Positions 41,787 through 52,505 of a stretch of 64,000 bases of DNA are shown piece by piece. The stretch is taken from positions 544,001 through 608,000 of the forward strand of contig CAXXVO010000004.1 of assembly GCA_963422645.2 (NCBI GenBank), written 5' to 3'. Numbering within the stretch: position 1 is the first letter of the stretch; every line of letters begins with the position of its first letter. The stretch comes from Alphaproteobacteria bacterium. GTDB taxonomy: Bacteria > Pseudomonadota > Alphaproteobacteria > UBA828. The notes beneath the pieces are model-generated. The model ran no database searches, was not told where the DNA came from, and was given only the letters and a program-made list of their open reading frames with translations. Made by a program: the position numbers and the translations under genes.

Positions 41787-42872
41787 ATGAACGTCACGCT
41801 CAGGGGACTGGTAAAGCGGTTTCGCGACGGCACCGAGGCCGTCAAGGGGATCGACCTCGACATCGCCAAAGGCGAGTTCCTGACCCTGCTCGGGCCGTCC
41901 GGGTGCGGCAAGACCACGACGCTCCGCCTGATCGCAGGCCTGGAGGAGCCGACAGAGGGTTCCATCGCGATCGGCGAGCGTGACGTCACCCACGTCAATC
42001 CGGGCGATCGCAACGTGGCGATGGTCTTCCAGACTTATGCCCTCTATCCCCACATGACCGCGCTACAGAATATGACGCTCGGCCTCACGGTCGCAGGCAT
42101 GTCCAAGGCCCAGGCGAACGAGAAGGCGCGGGAGACGGCGGAACTGCTCAATATTGAGCGGCTGCTCGACCGCAAGCCGGCCAAGCTCTCCGGTGGCGAG
42201 CGCCAGCGCGTCGCCCTCGGTCGCGCCATGGTGCGAAGCCCCGCCTGCTACCTAATGGACGAGCCGCTCTCCAACCTCGACCTTAAGCTGCGCGAGCATA
42301 TGAGGACCGAGCTCAAGCGCCTCCATCAGGCCTACAAGGTGACGACGATCTATGTGACCCACGACCAGGCCGAAGCGCTGATTCTTTCCGACCGCGTGGC
42401 CGTGCTCGACCAGGGCGAGGTCCAGCAGGTGGCGGATCCGGTCACGATCTACGAGCGCCCGGCCAACATGTTCGTCGCCGACTTCATCGGCAGCCCGGGG
42501 ATCAACTTCCTGAAGGGCGAGCTCAGCAAGGGCAGGGTTACGGTCGGCGGCCGCGCGCTCGAAGGCGCGAGCGCCGAAGGCAGCGGTTCCATCGTGCTCG
42601 GCGTCCGGCCCGAGGACGTGATCCTGAATCCGCCCGGCGAGGGCATTGCCGACGGGACGATCGAATTCACTGAGTCCTACGGCGGCGTCATCATCGCGTT
42701 CATCGCGCTCGATGGTGGAGAGGGCCTGATGGTCAACCGCGAGTACGTGGCCGCGAGCATGGACGTGCACGAGCCGGTCTCGATCGGCGCCCGGGTCGGT
42801 CTCGTGCTCCGCGCGAGCCGTAGCACGCTATTCGGCGCCGAATCCGGGCTCGCTCTGACCGCAGCGGAATAA
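41787..42872 (+). CDS. MalK-like ABC ATPase
   Basis: GPSGCGKTT, LSGGERQRVALGRA, DEPLSNLD, FIGSP. Confidence 0.93.
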   Translation: MNVTLRGLVKRFRDGTEAVKGIDLDIAKGEFLTLLGPSGCGKTTTLRLIAGLEEPTEGSIAIGERDVTHVNPGDRNVAMVFQTYALYPHMTALQNMTLGLTVAGMSKAQANEKARETAELLNIERLLDRKPAKLSGGERQRVALGRAMVRSPACYLMDEPLSNLDLKLREHMRTELKRLHQAYKVTTIYVTHDQAEALILSDRVAVLDQGEVQQVADPVTIYERPANMFVADFIGSPGINFLKGELSKGRVTVGGRALEGASAEGSGSIVLGVRPEDVILNPPGEGIADGTIEFTESYGGVIIAFIALDGGEGLMVNREYVAASMDVHEPVSIGARVGLVLRASRSTLFGAESGLALTAAE

Positions 42873-42921
42873 GCGCTCGCCCGGTGACGGGCGTGAATGT
42901 TCCAACTCCCATGACGACGCA

Positions 42922-44834
42922 ATGACGCGGCGCGAGCGACGACGGGCCAAGGGGCGAGGCTCCGGCGCCTCGCCGGCGGGTGCCGATCCCGTCGACGATG
43001 TCCTTCGGGCCGCGCTGGACCATCATCGCGCGGGCCGCGTGGCACCAGCGGCGGCGCTCTACCAGCGAGTCCTGCAACAGCGACCCGGTCATGCGGATGC
43101 GCTGCACCTCTTCGGCGTGCTCCAAGCACAGGCGGGACGGCTCGAGGAGGCGCTGCCGCTGCTGACGAAGGCCGCGCGCCGCGCAACGCCGGCTTCCTGA
43201 ACGATCTCGCCAATGTCCTCAACGGATTGGGCCGCTTCGACGAGGCCGAGGCGCACTACCGCCGCGCCGTCGCCTTCGAAAAGAACAATGCCGACATCCG
43301 CTACAACCTCGGCCACGCGCTGCGCGCCGCGGGCCGACCGGCCGATGCGGTCGAGTGGTTCGAGAGAGCGCTGGCGATCCGCCCCGATCACGGGCCGGCG
43401 CGGTCGGAGCTCGGCCTCGCGCTGTTGGAGCTCGGCCGGGCGGAGGACGCAGTGGCGGCGCTGCGGCAGGTAGTCGCGCTCGATGAGGGCGCGGCGGGCG
43501 GCCATTCCGACCTCGGCAACGCCTTGCAGGAGATCGGTGCGCTGGAAGAGGCCGAGGCGAGCCTGCGCCGTGCCATCGACCTCGACCCGAAGCTTGCGGC
43601 GGCACACGCCAATCTCGGCAATGTGCTGCAGGACCTCCACCGCGTGATGGAGGCGGAGGCCGCCTACCGCGAGGCCATCGTCCTCGATCCTACGTACGCG
43701 GCGGCGCATGCCAATCTTGGCAACGCCCTCAAGAACCTCGGCCGCGAAGACGAAGCGGTTACGAGCCTGGAGCGTGCGCTCGAGCTGAAGCCGGGGAACG
43801 CGACCTACCGCGCCAATCTCGGCATGGTCCACGTGGCCCGCGGCGATGCCACAGCCGCACTCGCCTGCTTCGGCCGCGCGGCCGAACGCCGCCACGGCCC
43901 GTCGCTTTCGCCCGGCATGCTGACCCGCCGGGAGGGAGAGCGGGCCGCTATTCCCATCGCGCCCTTCAAGCTCCAGCACGATGCCGAGCAGATCCGCCGG
44001 CTCTGCCGCGACGGGCGCGTCGATCCGTCGCTCGGCAAGATCGCCGACACTTACGAGCAGGTGCTCGCTGCATTGCCTCCCGATGCGCCACCGGACGAAC
44101 CGATCGCGCTCTCTGATCGGGAATGGCGCCGCATTGCGCCTGCCTACAACCGTCCGCTGTACCTCCCCGAGGCTCCGGCCGCGGCGGAAGGCGCCGTCAA
44201 TCCGGATCTGGATGCGGACGAAATCGAGCGCGCTTATCGCGAGAGCGCGCCCAACCTCGTGATCGTCGACGACTTTCTGACCGCGGATGCGTTAGAGAGA
44301 CTGTGGCGCTTCTGCCTCGATGCGACGGTCTGGTATCAGGTGAAGCGTGGCTACCTCGGCGCCTATCTGGTGGACGGCTTCGCCACCGCGCTCGCGCTTC
44401 AGATCGCCGACGAGCTGCGCGCACGCCTCCCCGATATCTTCGGCCGCCATCGGCTGGAGCAGCTCTGGGCCTACAAGTACGATTCCAGGCTGCAGGGGAT
44501 CGCCACCCACGCCGACTTCGCCGCGGTCAACGTCAACTTCTGGGTGACACCCGATGAGGCGAACCGCGATCCGGCCTCGGGCGGACTCGTCGTCCATAAG
44601 GCCCACGCGCCTTCGGACTGGGCCTTCCGCGCCTACAATGCCGACAGCGCCCGCATGGCGCAGTTCTTGGAGGAAGCCGGCGACGAGCCGGTGACGGTAC
44701 CCTACCGACGAAACCGCGTGGTGATCTTCGATTCCGATCTCTTCCATCGGACGGACAATCTGGACTTCCGCCCTGGCTACGAGAACCGGCGCATCAACGT
44801 GACGATGCTCTTCGGCAACCGCGGCGAGCGCTAG
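42922..44834 (+). CDS. TPR-repeat protein with C-terminal 2OG-Fe(II) oxygenase-like domain; frameshift at ~43180
   Basis: Repeated NLGxxL..G..EA TPR units; HAD...FHRT...RINVT motifs; N-terminal TPRs lie in ORF 42922-43200. Confidence 0.78.
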
Positions 44835-44878
44835 ACTTGGGCCGCGCGCGACCCAATATGGAGTGCGGAGAAGCACGC

Positions 44879-46237
44879 ATGAGCGACTGTCACCGGGCAA
44901 TCGAGGCCTGGCTCAGAGAGCGGAACATCGTCGAGGTCGAGTGCATCGTGCCCGACCTCGCCGGTGTGGCGCGCGGCAAGATTCTGCCCACGGACAAGTT
45001 CATCGAGGGGCTGGCGGGCGGCCAGCACCGGTTGCCCAAGAACGTCCTCGTCCACACGCTCACCGGCGACTTCCCGCCGCCCGGCGCCGTCTCCATCGAC
45101 GTGAGCGACGGCGACTTCGTGCTGGAGCCGGACCCCGCGACGCTCACCCTGGTGCCCTGGTACGACGAGCCCACCGCGCAGGTGATCGCCGATTGCGTGC
45201 TGCGAGACGGCGGGCATTCGCCCTTCTATTCCCGCCGCGTGCTCGCTGCCCTGCTGGAGCGCTTCGCCGAGCGCGGCTGGTATCCGATCATTGCACCGGA
45301 GATCGAATTCTACCTGGTGGAGAAGAACACCGATCCCGACCAGCCGTTGAAGCCGCCCATCGGCGCCTCCGGCCGGCGCGAGGCGGGGCGCCAGGAGTTC
45401 GGCATCGACGCGGTCAACGAGTTCGACCCCTTCTTCGAGGACCTCTACGACTACTGCGAGGCCCAGGAGCTCGACATCGACACGCTCAATCACGAGAGCG
45501 GGGCCGGGCAGGTGGAAATCAACTTCCGCCACGGCGAGGCGCTGCGGCTCGCCGACCAGGTCTTCGTCTTCAAGCGCACGGTGCGCCAGACCGCCCAGCG
45601 CCACGGCTTCTATGCGACCTTCATGGCGAAGCCGATGCAAGGCGAGCCGGGCAGCGCCATGCACGTACACCAATCGGTCTACGAAGGCGCGAAACGCCGG
45701 CCGCTATTCTCTGACACAGACGGGGCTGAATCGGCGGCATTCCGCCACTATCTCGGCGGCCTTCAGCGCTTCCTGCCGATCTTCACGCCGCTCATGGCGC
45801 CCAACGTCAACTCCTATCGCCGGCTCCGCTTCGGCGCGAGCAGGCCCTTCAACGTCGGCTGGGGCTACGACAACCGCATTGCGGGGCTGCGCGTGCCGGA
45901 CGCGCGGCCCAAGAACCGCCGGGTCGAGAACCGGCTGCCAGGTTCCGACACCAACCCCTACCTCGCCTTCGCGGCCACGCTCGCAGCCGGCTATCTCGGC
46001 ATGACGCAAACGCTCGAGCCCTCGCCGCCGGTGGCAGGGGAGGCGACCGGCGGGTTCGAGACGCTGCCCCTCGATCTCAGGACCGCACTCGAACAGTTCG
46101 AGTCCTCGGACGAGGCGAGCGCCATGTTCGGCGAGAGTTTCGTCAAGGGCTTCACCGAAGTGGTGCGCGCCGAATACGACGCCTATCTGCGCGTCGTGAG
46201 CTCCTGGGAGCGCAAGTTTCTCCTGCTGGCCGTGTGA
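44879..46237 (+). CDS. puuA: Glutamine synthetase-family gamma-glutamylpolyamine synthetase
   Basis: PDLAGVARGK, PEIEFY, HESGAGQVEIN, PGSAMHVHQS, ENRLPGSDTNPY; next to puuB and pot genes. Confidence 0.85.
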   Translation: MSDCHRAIEAWLRERNIVEVECIVPDLAGVARGKILPTDKFIEGLAGGQHRLPKNVLVHTLTGDFPPPGAVSIDVSDGDFVLEPDPATLTLVPWYDEPTAQVIADCVLRDGGHSPFYSRRVLAALLERFAERGWYPIIAPEIEFYLVEKNTDPDQPLKPPIGASGRREAGRQEFGIDAVNEFDPFFEDLYDYCEAQELDIDTLNHESGAGQVEINFRHGEALRLADQVFVFKRTVRQTAQRHGFYATFMAKPMQGEPGSAMHVHQSVYEGAKRRPLFSDTDGAESAAFRHYLGGLQRFLPIFTPLMAPNVNSYRRLRFGASRPFNVGWGYDNRIAGLRVPDARPKNRRVENRLPGSDTNPYLAFAATLAAGYLGMTQTLEPSPPVAGEATGGFETLPLDLRTALEQFESSDEASAMFGESFVKGFTEVVRAEYDAYLRVVSSWERKFLLLAV

Positions 46238-47547
46238 TGGGCTCGCCGTGCCGCGCGGGCCGCTACGCGCAACACGACGGCGCAGCGCCTACCTGGTACG
46301 AAGCGAGCGCCCGGACGAGCCCCTCCAGGCCCCCGCTTGAAGGCGATAAGCACGCGGACGTCTGCGTCGTTGGCGGAGGCTACACCGGGCTCTCCTGCGC
46401 GCTCCATCTCGCCGAGCGGGGCTATCGCGTAGTCCTGCTCGAAGCGCGGCGCATCGGCAACGGTGCCTCCGGGCGCAACGGCGGGCAGCTCGGCAGCGGG
46501 CACCGGCGCGATCAGTCCACCCTGGAGCGCGAGCTTGGCGAGGAGCGGGCGCGGCTTCTCTGGTCCATGGCCGAGGAGGCCAAAGCGCTCGTACGCGATC
46601 GCATCGCCCGGCACGGGATCGAATGTGACCTGAAGTCCGGTATCGCCATCGCCGCACACCGGCCGCGCCACGCGCGCGCGCTGGCCCAAGAGGCCGCCCA
46701 CCTTAGAGACCGTTACGGCTACACCGAAGTCGAGGTTCTGGATCGCGCCGCTCTCCGCGCCGAAGTGGCGTCGGAGGATTTTCACGGTGGCCTTATGGAT
46801 CGCGGCGCGGGTCACCTTCACCCCCTCGATTACGCGCGCGGCCTCGCCAAAGCAGCGGCAGGGGCGGGTGCGGATATCTGCGAGGGGACGCCGGTCACCG
46901 GGCTCGAAACCGGCGCGCCCTGCAAGGTCCAGGCCGGGCCGCACACGGTCTCGGCGGATACAGTCGTGCTCGCCTGCAACGGCTATCTCGACGCGCTCGA
47001 TCCTGGCTGTGGCAAGCGCTTCATGCCGATCAACAACTTCATCCTGGCGACGGAGCCCCTCGGCGAAGAGCGAGCGCGGGCGTTGATCCCTCACGATGTC
47101 GCGGTCGTCGATACCCGCTTCGTGGTGAACTACTTTCGGCTTTCACGCCACGGGCGGCTGCTCTTCGGCGGTGGGGAGACCACGAGCAGTCGCCTGCCTG
47201 CCAATCCCGGCCCGCTCGTTCGGCGCTGCATGCTGCGCATCTTCCCCCAGCTCGCCGATGTGCGCGTGGACCATGCCTGGGGCGGGACGCTCGCCATCAC
47301 GCGCTCTCGAATGCCGAGCATCGGCAGGCTCCAGGGCGGGCTTTACTATGGCCAGGGCTACTCCGGCCACGGCGTGGCGCTGGCGACGCTCGGCGGCGCG
47401 CTCATCGCCGAGGCAATCTCAGGCACGCTGGAGCGCTTCGATGTCTTCGCGCGACTGCCGCAGCCGCCCTTCCCCGGCGGCCGGTTCCTGCGCTGGCCCA
47501 CGCTCGCCCTCGCACTCACCTACGGCGCGCTCCGTGACCGGCTGTGA
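46234..47547 (+). CDS. puuB: Gamma-glutamylputrescine oxidase-like FAD oxidoreductase
   Basis: GGGYTGLS, GASGRNGGQ, HPLDYARGL, GYSGHG. Confidence 0.85.
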   Translation: MMGSPCRAGRYAQHDGAAPTWYEASARTSPSRPPLEGDKHADVCVVGGGYTGLSCALHLAERGYRVVLLEARRIGNGASGRNGGQLGSGHRRDQSTLERELGEERARLLWSMAEEAKALVRDRIARHGIECDLKSGIAIAAHRPRHARALAQEAAHLRDRYGYTEVEVLDRAALRAEVASEDFHGGLMDRGAGHLHPLDYARGLAKAAAGAGADICEGTPVTGLETGAPCKVQAGPHTVSADTVVLACNGYLDALDPGCGKRFMPINNFILATEPLGEERARALIPHDVAVVDTRFVVNYFRLSRHGRLLFGGGETTSSRLPANPGPLVRRCMLRIFPQLADVRVDHAWGGTLAITRSRMPSIGRLQGGLYYGQGYSGHGVALATLGGALIAEAISGTLERFDVFARLPQPPFPGGRFLRWPTLALALTYGALRDRL

Positions 47548-47559
47548 GGGACGAGAACG

Positions 47560-48372
47560 CTACGTAGCCTCCTGCGCCTCCCGCTCCCGGACGACCATGG
47601 CGCGCTTGTTGATCAGGCTCGCGGCGATCACGCCGATGGAGACGATCCCGACCAGTACCGTGGAGACCGCGTTGATCTCCGGCGTCACGCCCAGGCGCAC
47701 CTGGGAATAGATCTTCATCGGCAGCGTCGTCGAGCCGGGGCCGCTGGTGAAGGACGCGATCACCAGGTCGTCGAGGGAGAGTGTGAAGGCCAACAGCCAG
47801 CCGGCGACCAGCGCCGGGCTGATGATCGGCAGCGTGACCGCGAAGAAGGTCTTGACCGGCGGCGCGCCCAGGTCCATCGCCGCCTCCTCCAGCGAGCGGT
47901 CCATGGTGAGCAGGCGGGACTGCACCACCACCGCCACGTAGGCCATGGAGAAGGTGATGTGGGCGATCGTCACGGTCCAATAGCCGCGTGTCCAGGAGAG
48001 TGCCACGAATAGCAGCAGCATTGAGAGACCGGTGATGACCTCGGGCATGACCAGCGGCGCGTAGACCATGCCAGAGAAGAGCGTGCGGCCGGGGAAGCGC
48101 CCGAGCCGGGCCAGCGCGAGCCCCGCGAGGGTGCCGAGGACCAGCGCCACGGTCGACGAGACGAAGGCGACCTTCAGCGTCATCCAGGCCGCGTCGAGCA
48201 GCAGCTCGTTCTCCACCATCGCGGTGTACCACTTGGTGGAGAACCCGGCCCACACGGTCACGAGCTTGGATTCGTTGAAGGAAAAGATGATGAGCAGAAG
48301 GATCGGGATGTAGAGAAAGGCGAAGCCCAGCGTGAGCGCCGCCAGGTTGACCCCGCTGAGCCCCCGGCGCAT
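47560..48372 (-). CDS. potI: Putrescine ABC permease
   Basis: SFNESKLVTVWAGFSTKWY, EEAAMDLGA. Confidence 0.9.
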   Translation of the reverse strand: MRRGLSGVNLAALTLGFAFLYIPILLLIIFSFNESKLVTVWAGFSTKWYTAMVENELLLDAAWMTLKVAFVSSTVALVLGTLAGLALARLGRFPGRTLFSGMVYAPLVMPEVITGLSMLLLFVALSWTRGYWTVTIAHITFSMAYVAVVVQSRLLTMDRSLEEAAMDLGAPPVKTFFAVTLPIISPALVAGWLLAFTLSLDDLVIASFTSGPGSTTLPMKIYSQVRLGVTPEINAVSTVLVGIVSIGVIAASLINKRAMVVREREAQEAT

Positions 48373-49301
48373 CAGGCCTCTGCCTCGCGCTGGCGCTGCT
48401 GGTGGCGCTGGAACAGTACGATGGGCACGATCAGCACCAGCAGCAGGATCACGGCCACCGCCGACGCCACCGGCCAGTCGCGGTTTCTGAAGAACTCGGT
48501 CCAGAGGATGCGCCCGATCATCAGCGTGCCGGAGCCGCCGAGCAGGTCGGGGATCACGAACTCGCCGACCGCCGGAATGAACACCAGGAAGCAGCCGGCG
48601 ACGATGCCGGGCCTCGCCAACGGCACGGTGATCTTCCAGAAAGCGCCGGCCGGCCGGCAGCCGAGATCGGCCGCGGCCTCCAGCAGCGAGCGGTCCATTC
48701 GCACCAGATTGGCGTAGAGCGGCAGGACCATGAAGGGCAGGTACGAGTAGACGATACCGATATAGACCGCGATGTCGGTGTTGAGGATGATCAGCGGTTT
48801 GTCGATCACGCCGATCCAGCGCAGCACCCCGTTGAGCATCCCTTCGTTCTTGAGGATGCCGATCCAGGCGTAGACCCGGATCAGGAACGAGGTCCAGAAG
48901 GGCAGGATCACCAGCATCACCAGGCTCGCCTGCCAGGCGCGGGGCGCGCGGGCCATGGCGTAGGCGATGGGGAAGCCCACCAGCAGGGCGAGCGCGGTCG
49001 AGATTGCCGCGATCTTGAGACTGTTCGCGTAGGCACGGATGTAGAGGCTGTCCTCGATCAGGAGCCGGTAGTTGTCTCCCACGGCGAAGAGCTCGAAGGA
49101 GCCGCCCTCGGGCCAGGCGAAGAGCGGTGTGTAGGGTGGGATGGCGAGCTGGACCTCGGCCACGCTGATCTTGAGCACGATCACGAAGGGGACGAGGAAA
49201 AAGAAGAGCAGCCAGAGATAGGGGCTCGCGATCACCGAGCCGCGCCCGAGCAGGCCCCAGGCTGCACGCGGCGGCTTGCGGCCTTCGCGCCGTGCCCTCA
49301 T
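48372..49301 (-). CDS. potH: Putrescine ABC permease
   Basis: PFWTSFLIRVYAW, EAAADLG, EFFRNRDWP. Confidence 0.9.
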   Translation of the reverse strand: MRARREGRKPPRAAWGLLGRGSVIASPYLWLLFFFLVPFVIVLKISVAEVQLAIPPYTPLFAWPEGGSFELFAVGDNYRLLIEDSLYIRAYANSLKIAAISTALALLVGFPIAYAMARAPRAWQASLVMLVILPFWTSFLIRVYAWIGILKNEGMLNGVLRWIGVIDKPLIILNTDIAVYIGIVYSYLPFMVLPLYANLVRMDRSLLEAAADLGCRPAGAFWKITVPLARPGIVAGCFLVFIPAVGEFVIPDLLGGSGTLMIGRILWTEFFRNRDWPVASAVAVILLLVLIVPIVLFQRHQQRQREAEA

Positions 49302-50446
49302 GAGCGGAGCAGTATGCTCGCCTCGACCGGCCAGGAGAGATGAACGCGCGCGCCCCGGTCGATGGCCGCGCCGCCGTAGTGGTGGCGGTTGGTCTGGGTC
49401 GAGACCACCATCTTGCCGCTGTCGAGACGCACCCGGTAGGTGGAGACGCTGCCCAGATAGGCGATCTCCGTCACCTGCCCCGCCACCGCGTTCACGGTGC
49501 CGGGCGGCAGCGCTTGAGGGGCGATTTCGATCTTCTCGGGCCGCACCGCGAGCAGCACGGTGTCGCCCTCGGCGGGGCTGTCCGCCCGTGCCGGGGCCGC
49601 GAGCCCCGCCGGCGCGTCAACCTGATCGACCGCAATGCCGCCGCCGTTCACGATTCTGGCCTGCCCCTCGAAAATATTCACGTCGCCGATGAACTCGGCC
49701 ACATAGCGCGTGCAGGGCGCCTCGTAGATCGCGGACGGGGTGTCGACCTGGGCGATCCGGCCCTCCTCCATTACGGCAATGCGGTCGGCGACGGTCATCG
49801 CCTCGTCCTGATCGTGGGTCACGATCACGAAGGTGATGCCGACCCGCTGCTGAATCTCCATCAGCTCGAACTGGGTCTGCTCGCGGAGCTTCTTGTCGAG
49901 CGCGGCGAGCGGCTCGTCGAGCAGCAGCAGCTTGGGCCGCTTGACCAGGCTGCGGGCCAGCGCTACCCGCTGGCGCTGGCCGCCCGAAAGCTGATGCGGC
50001 CTGCGCCGCGCGAGGGGCGAAAGCTCCACCAGAGCCAGCGCGTCGGCCACACGCGCCGCGATCTCGGCCCTCGGCACCCGGTCCTGGCGCAGGCCGAAGG
50101 CGACGTTGCCGGCGACGCTCATGTGAGGAAAGAGCGCATAGGACTGGAACATCATGTTGACCGGCCGCCGGTAGGGCGGCAGCGCCGCGAGGTCCACGCC
50201 ATCGAGCAGCAGCGCGCCGGCGCTCGGGGTCTCGAAGCCCGCAAGCAAGCGGAGCAGCGTGGTCTTGCCGCAGCCCGACGGGCCGAGCAGGGCGAAGAAC
50301 TCCCCCTGTGCGATGTCGAGCGAGACGTTATCGACGGCGGTTACGGCGCCGAAGCTCTTGCTGACGCCTTCGATGTGAAGGAAGGCGGCCTCGCCGCCGG
50401 GGGCAGACGGAGCCTCTCCCCCGGCGGGCTCAGGCGGCAGGGTCAC
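49298..50446 (-). CDS. potG: Putrescine ABC ATPase
   Basis: GPSGCGKTT, RPVNMMFQSYALFPHM, LSGGQRQRVALARSL. Confidence 0.9.
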   Translation of the reverse strand: MTLPPEPAGGEAPSAPGGEAAFLHIEGVSKSFGAVTAVDNVSLDIAQGEFFALLGPSGCGKTTLLRLLAGFETPSAGALLLDGVDLAALPPYRRPVNMMFQSYALFPHMSVAGNVAFGLRQDRVPRAEIAARVADALALVELSPLARRRPHQLSGGQRQRVALARSLVKRPKLLLLDEPLAALDKKLREQTQFELMEIQQRVGITFVIVTHDQDEAMTVADRIAVMEEGRIAQVDTPSAIYEAPCTRYVAEFIGDVNIFEGQARIVNGGGIAVDQVDAPAGLAAPARADSPAEGDTVLLAVRPEKIEIAPQALPPGTVNAVAGQVTEIAYLGSVSTYRVRLDSGKMVVSTQTNRHHYGGAAIDRGARVHLSWPVEASILLRS

Positions 50447-50489
50447 GAGCGCCGCGCCTGCGCGCGCCCGTGCAGTGTGTGCGTCGTGC

Positions 50490-51587
50490 CTATTCCGCGC
50501 CCTTGATGCTGGTCCACATCCGCGTGATGAAGCGCTGCACCTTTTGCGGATAGGGGTTCGTCACGTAGAGCCCTTTCCGTGCCTCATCCGTCGGGTAGAT
50601 ACCGGGATCCTCGGTGATCTCCGCGTCGAGCAGCGGCGTCGAGGCCGCGTTGCCGTTGGCGTAGTAGACGTAGTTGGACGCCTTGGCGATCACCTCGGGC
50701 CGCATGATGTAATCGAGGAACTTGTGCGCGTTATCGGGATGCGGCGCGTCCGCCGGGACCGCCATCATGTCGAACCATGACAGTGCGCCCTCGTCCGGGA
50801 TCACATAGGCGATCTCGACATTGTTCTCGGCCTCCCAGGCACGGTCGCGGGCCTGCAGCATGTCGCCCGACCAGCCCATGGTGAGGCAGATGTCGCCGTT
50901 GGCGAGATCGTTGATCTGGGCCGAGTTGTGGAAGCGGCGGATGTGCGGCCGGATCGCCAGCAGCACCGGCTCCACCTTGGCGATCACGTCGGTGTCGTGG
51001 CTGTTGGGGTCCTCGCCGATGTAGTTGAGCACGGCCGGGACCACCTCGTCCGGCTCGTCCATCATGTAGACGCCGCAATCGGCGAACTTGGCGACGACAT
51101 CGGGGTCGAAGAGCATGCCCCAGGAGCCGGTGGGGGCTTCCGCGTCGCGCTCGGCGATCTTGTCGATGTTGTAGCCGAAGCCCGTGGTGCCCCACATGTA
51201 ATTGATGGCGTACTGGTTCCCGGGGTCCCACTGGCCCACGACCGTCATGATCGTCTCGTCCATGTTGCCGATGTTGGCGAGCTGGCTCTTGTCGAGCGGC
51301 TGGAAGATGCCCGCCTGGATCTGGCGCGCGAGGAAGGTTCCGCTCGGCACCACCACGTCGTAGCCGGTGCTGCCGGTGAGCAGCTTGGTCTCGAGGATGT
51401 TGTTGGAATCGAAGACGTCGTAGACGACCTTGATCCCGGTCTCGTCCTCGAACTCGGTCAGGATCTCTTCGTCGATGTAGTCCGACCAGTTGTAGACGTT
51501 GACGACCGCTTCCTCCTCGGCGAAGGCGGTTGTCGCGGCCAGAAGCGCCGCAGCGGCGGCGCCGGCGGTCAGCGGCAGCTTGATCAT
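50490..51587 (-). CDS. potF: Putrescine-binding periplasmic protein
   Basis: YNWSDYI, YDVFDSN, YMWGTTG, GWSGD, WFD. Confidence 0.92.
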   Translation of the reverse strand: MIKLPLTAGAAAAALLAATTAFAEEEAVVNVYNWSDYIDEEILTEFEDETGIKVVYDVFDSNNILETKLLTGSTGYDVVVPSGTFLARQIQAGIFQPLDKSQLANIGNMDETIMTVVGQWDPGNQYAINYMWGTTGFGYNIDKIAERDAEAPTGSWGMLFDPDVVAKFADCGVYMMDEPDEVVPAVLNYIGEDPNSHDTDVIAKVEPVLLAIRPHIRRFHNSAQINDLANGDICLTMGWSGDMLQARDRAWEAENNVEIAYVIPDEGALSWFDMMAVPADAPHPDNAHKFLDYIMRPEVIAKASNYVYYANGNAASTPLLDAEITEDPGIYPTDEARKGLYVTNPYPQKVQRFITRMWTSIKGAE

Positions 51588-51703
51588 GGGATTCGTCCTC
51601 TCTTGCCCGGCCTCGTCTGGCCGGCCGTGGTGGCGATCGGGCGATTCAGGACCTTCGCGCCGCCCCTGTCAACGCGTCTCGCTATGTCGTGTCCGCGAGA
51701 CGC

Positions 51704-52498
51704 CTATCGCGCAAAGGTGACGCTGGCCTCGCCCAGGCCCTCGATGGCGACGCGGACCCTATCGCCGGGCTCGACCCACTTGGTCTCGACCACGCTGCCG
51801 GTCAGCACCACGTCGCCGGCTGCAAGCGGCCGCCCGCACGCGGCGGCGTGGTTCGCGAGCCAGGTCAAAGCTTCGAGGGGATGCCCCATGACGTCGGCCC
51901 CGGTGCCGGCGCCCACTTGCGCGCCCTTGATCGCCATGGCGCCGCCGGCCGCCGCGAGGTCAATCCCGCGCCAGGCCGTCACAGGCGGGCCGAGCACGGC
52001 GCCGGCACTGAAGAAGTCGTCGGCGATGAGCGTCGGCGTATCGAGAGCCCGAAAATCGTCGTAGCGGTCGTCCACGATCTCGATCGCCGCCATGCAGGCC
52101 TCCACCGCGTCGGCGACGGCGGCACGGTCGAAGGGCGCTGCGGCGGCCGGCAGCGGTTGCCCGAGCCGCACCGCGATCTCGCACTCGACGCCCGGCCGCC
52201 AGTGGTCGGCATACTTCACCGTCGCGGGGGCGCTCAGGGTCCGGCGCTCGTAGAGCGCGCCGGCGCAGGGATGCGCGATCTCCAGATAGCGCTGCATCAC
52301 CGGCGTGGTGCAGCCGATCTTGCGGCCGCAGACGGCGCCGTGCGTGTCTGCGAGCCGTTCGTTGAGCGCGGCCTGAACTGCATACGCTTCGTCGAGGGAG
52401 GCCGGCCGGCAGTCCTCGGGCAGTACGGCGATCCGCTGCCGGCGATGCCGCGCGCCAACGTAGAGTGCGACCGCCTGGTCGATGGCGAGCGGTGTCAT
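51704..52498 (-). CDS. 2-keto-4-pentenoate hydratase/FAH-family protein
   Basis: GRKIGCT, ECEIA, IEIVDDR, GHPLEALTWLAN, VLTGS. Confidence 0.88.
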   Translation of the reverse strand: MTPLAIDQAVALYVGARHRRQRIAVLPEDCRPASLDEAYAVQAALNERLADTHGAVCGRKIGCTTPVMQRYLEIAHPCAGALYERRTLSAPATVKYADHWRPGVECEIAVRLGQPLPAAAAPFDRAAVADAVEACMAAIEIVDDRYDDFRALDTPTLIADDFFSAGAVLGPPVTAWRGIDLAAAGGAMAIKGAQVGAGTGADVMGHPLEALTWLANHAAACGRPLAAGDVVLTGSVVETKWVEPGDRVRVAIEGLGEASVTFAR

Positions 52499-52505
52499 GC
52501 CGTCC

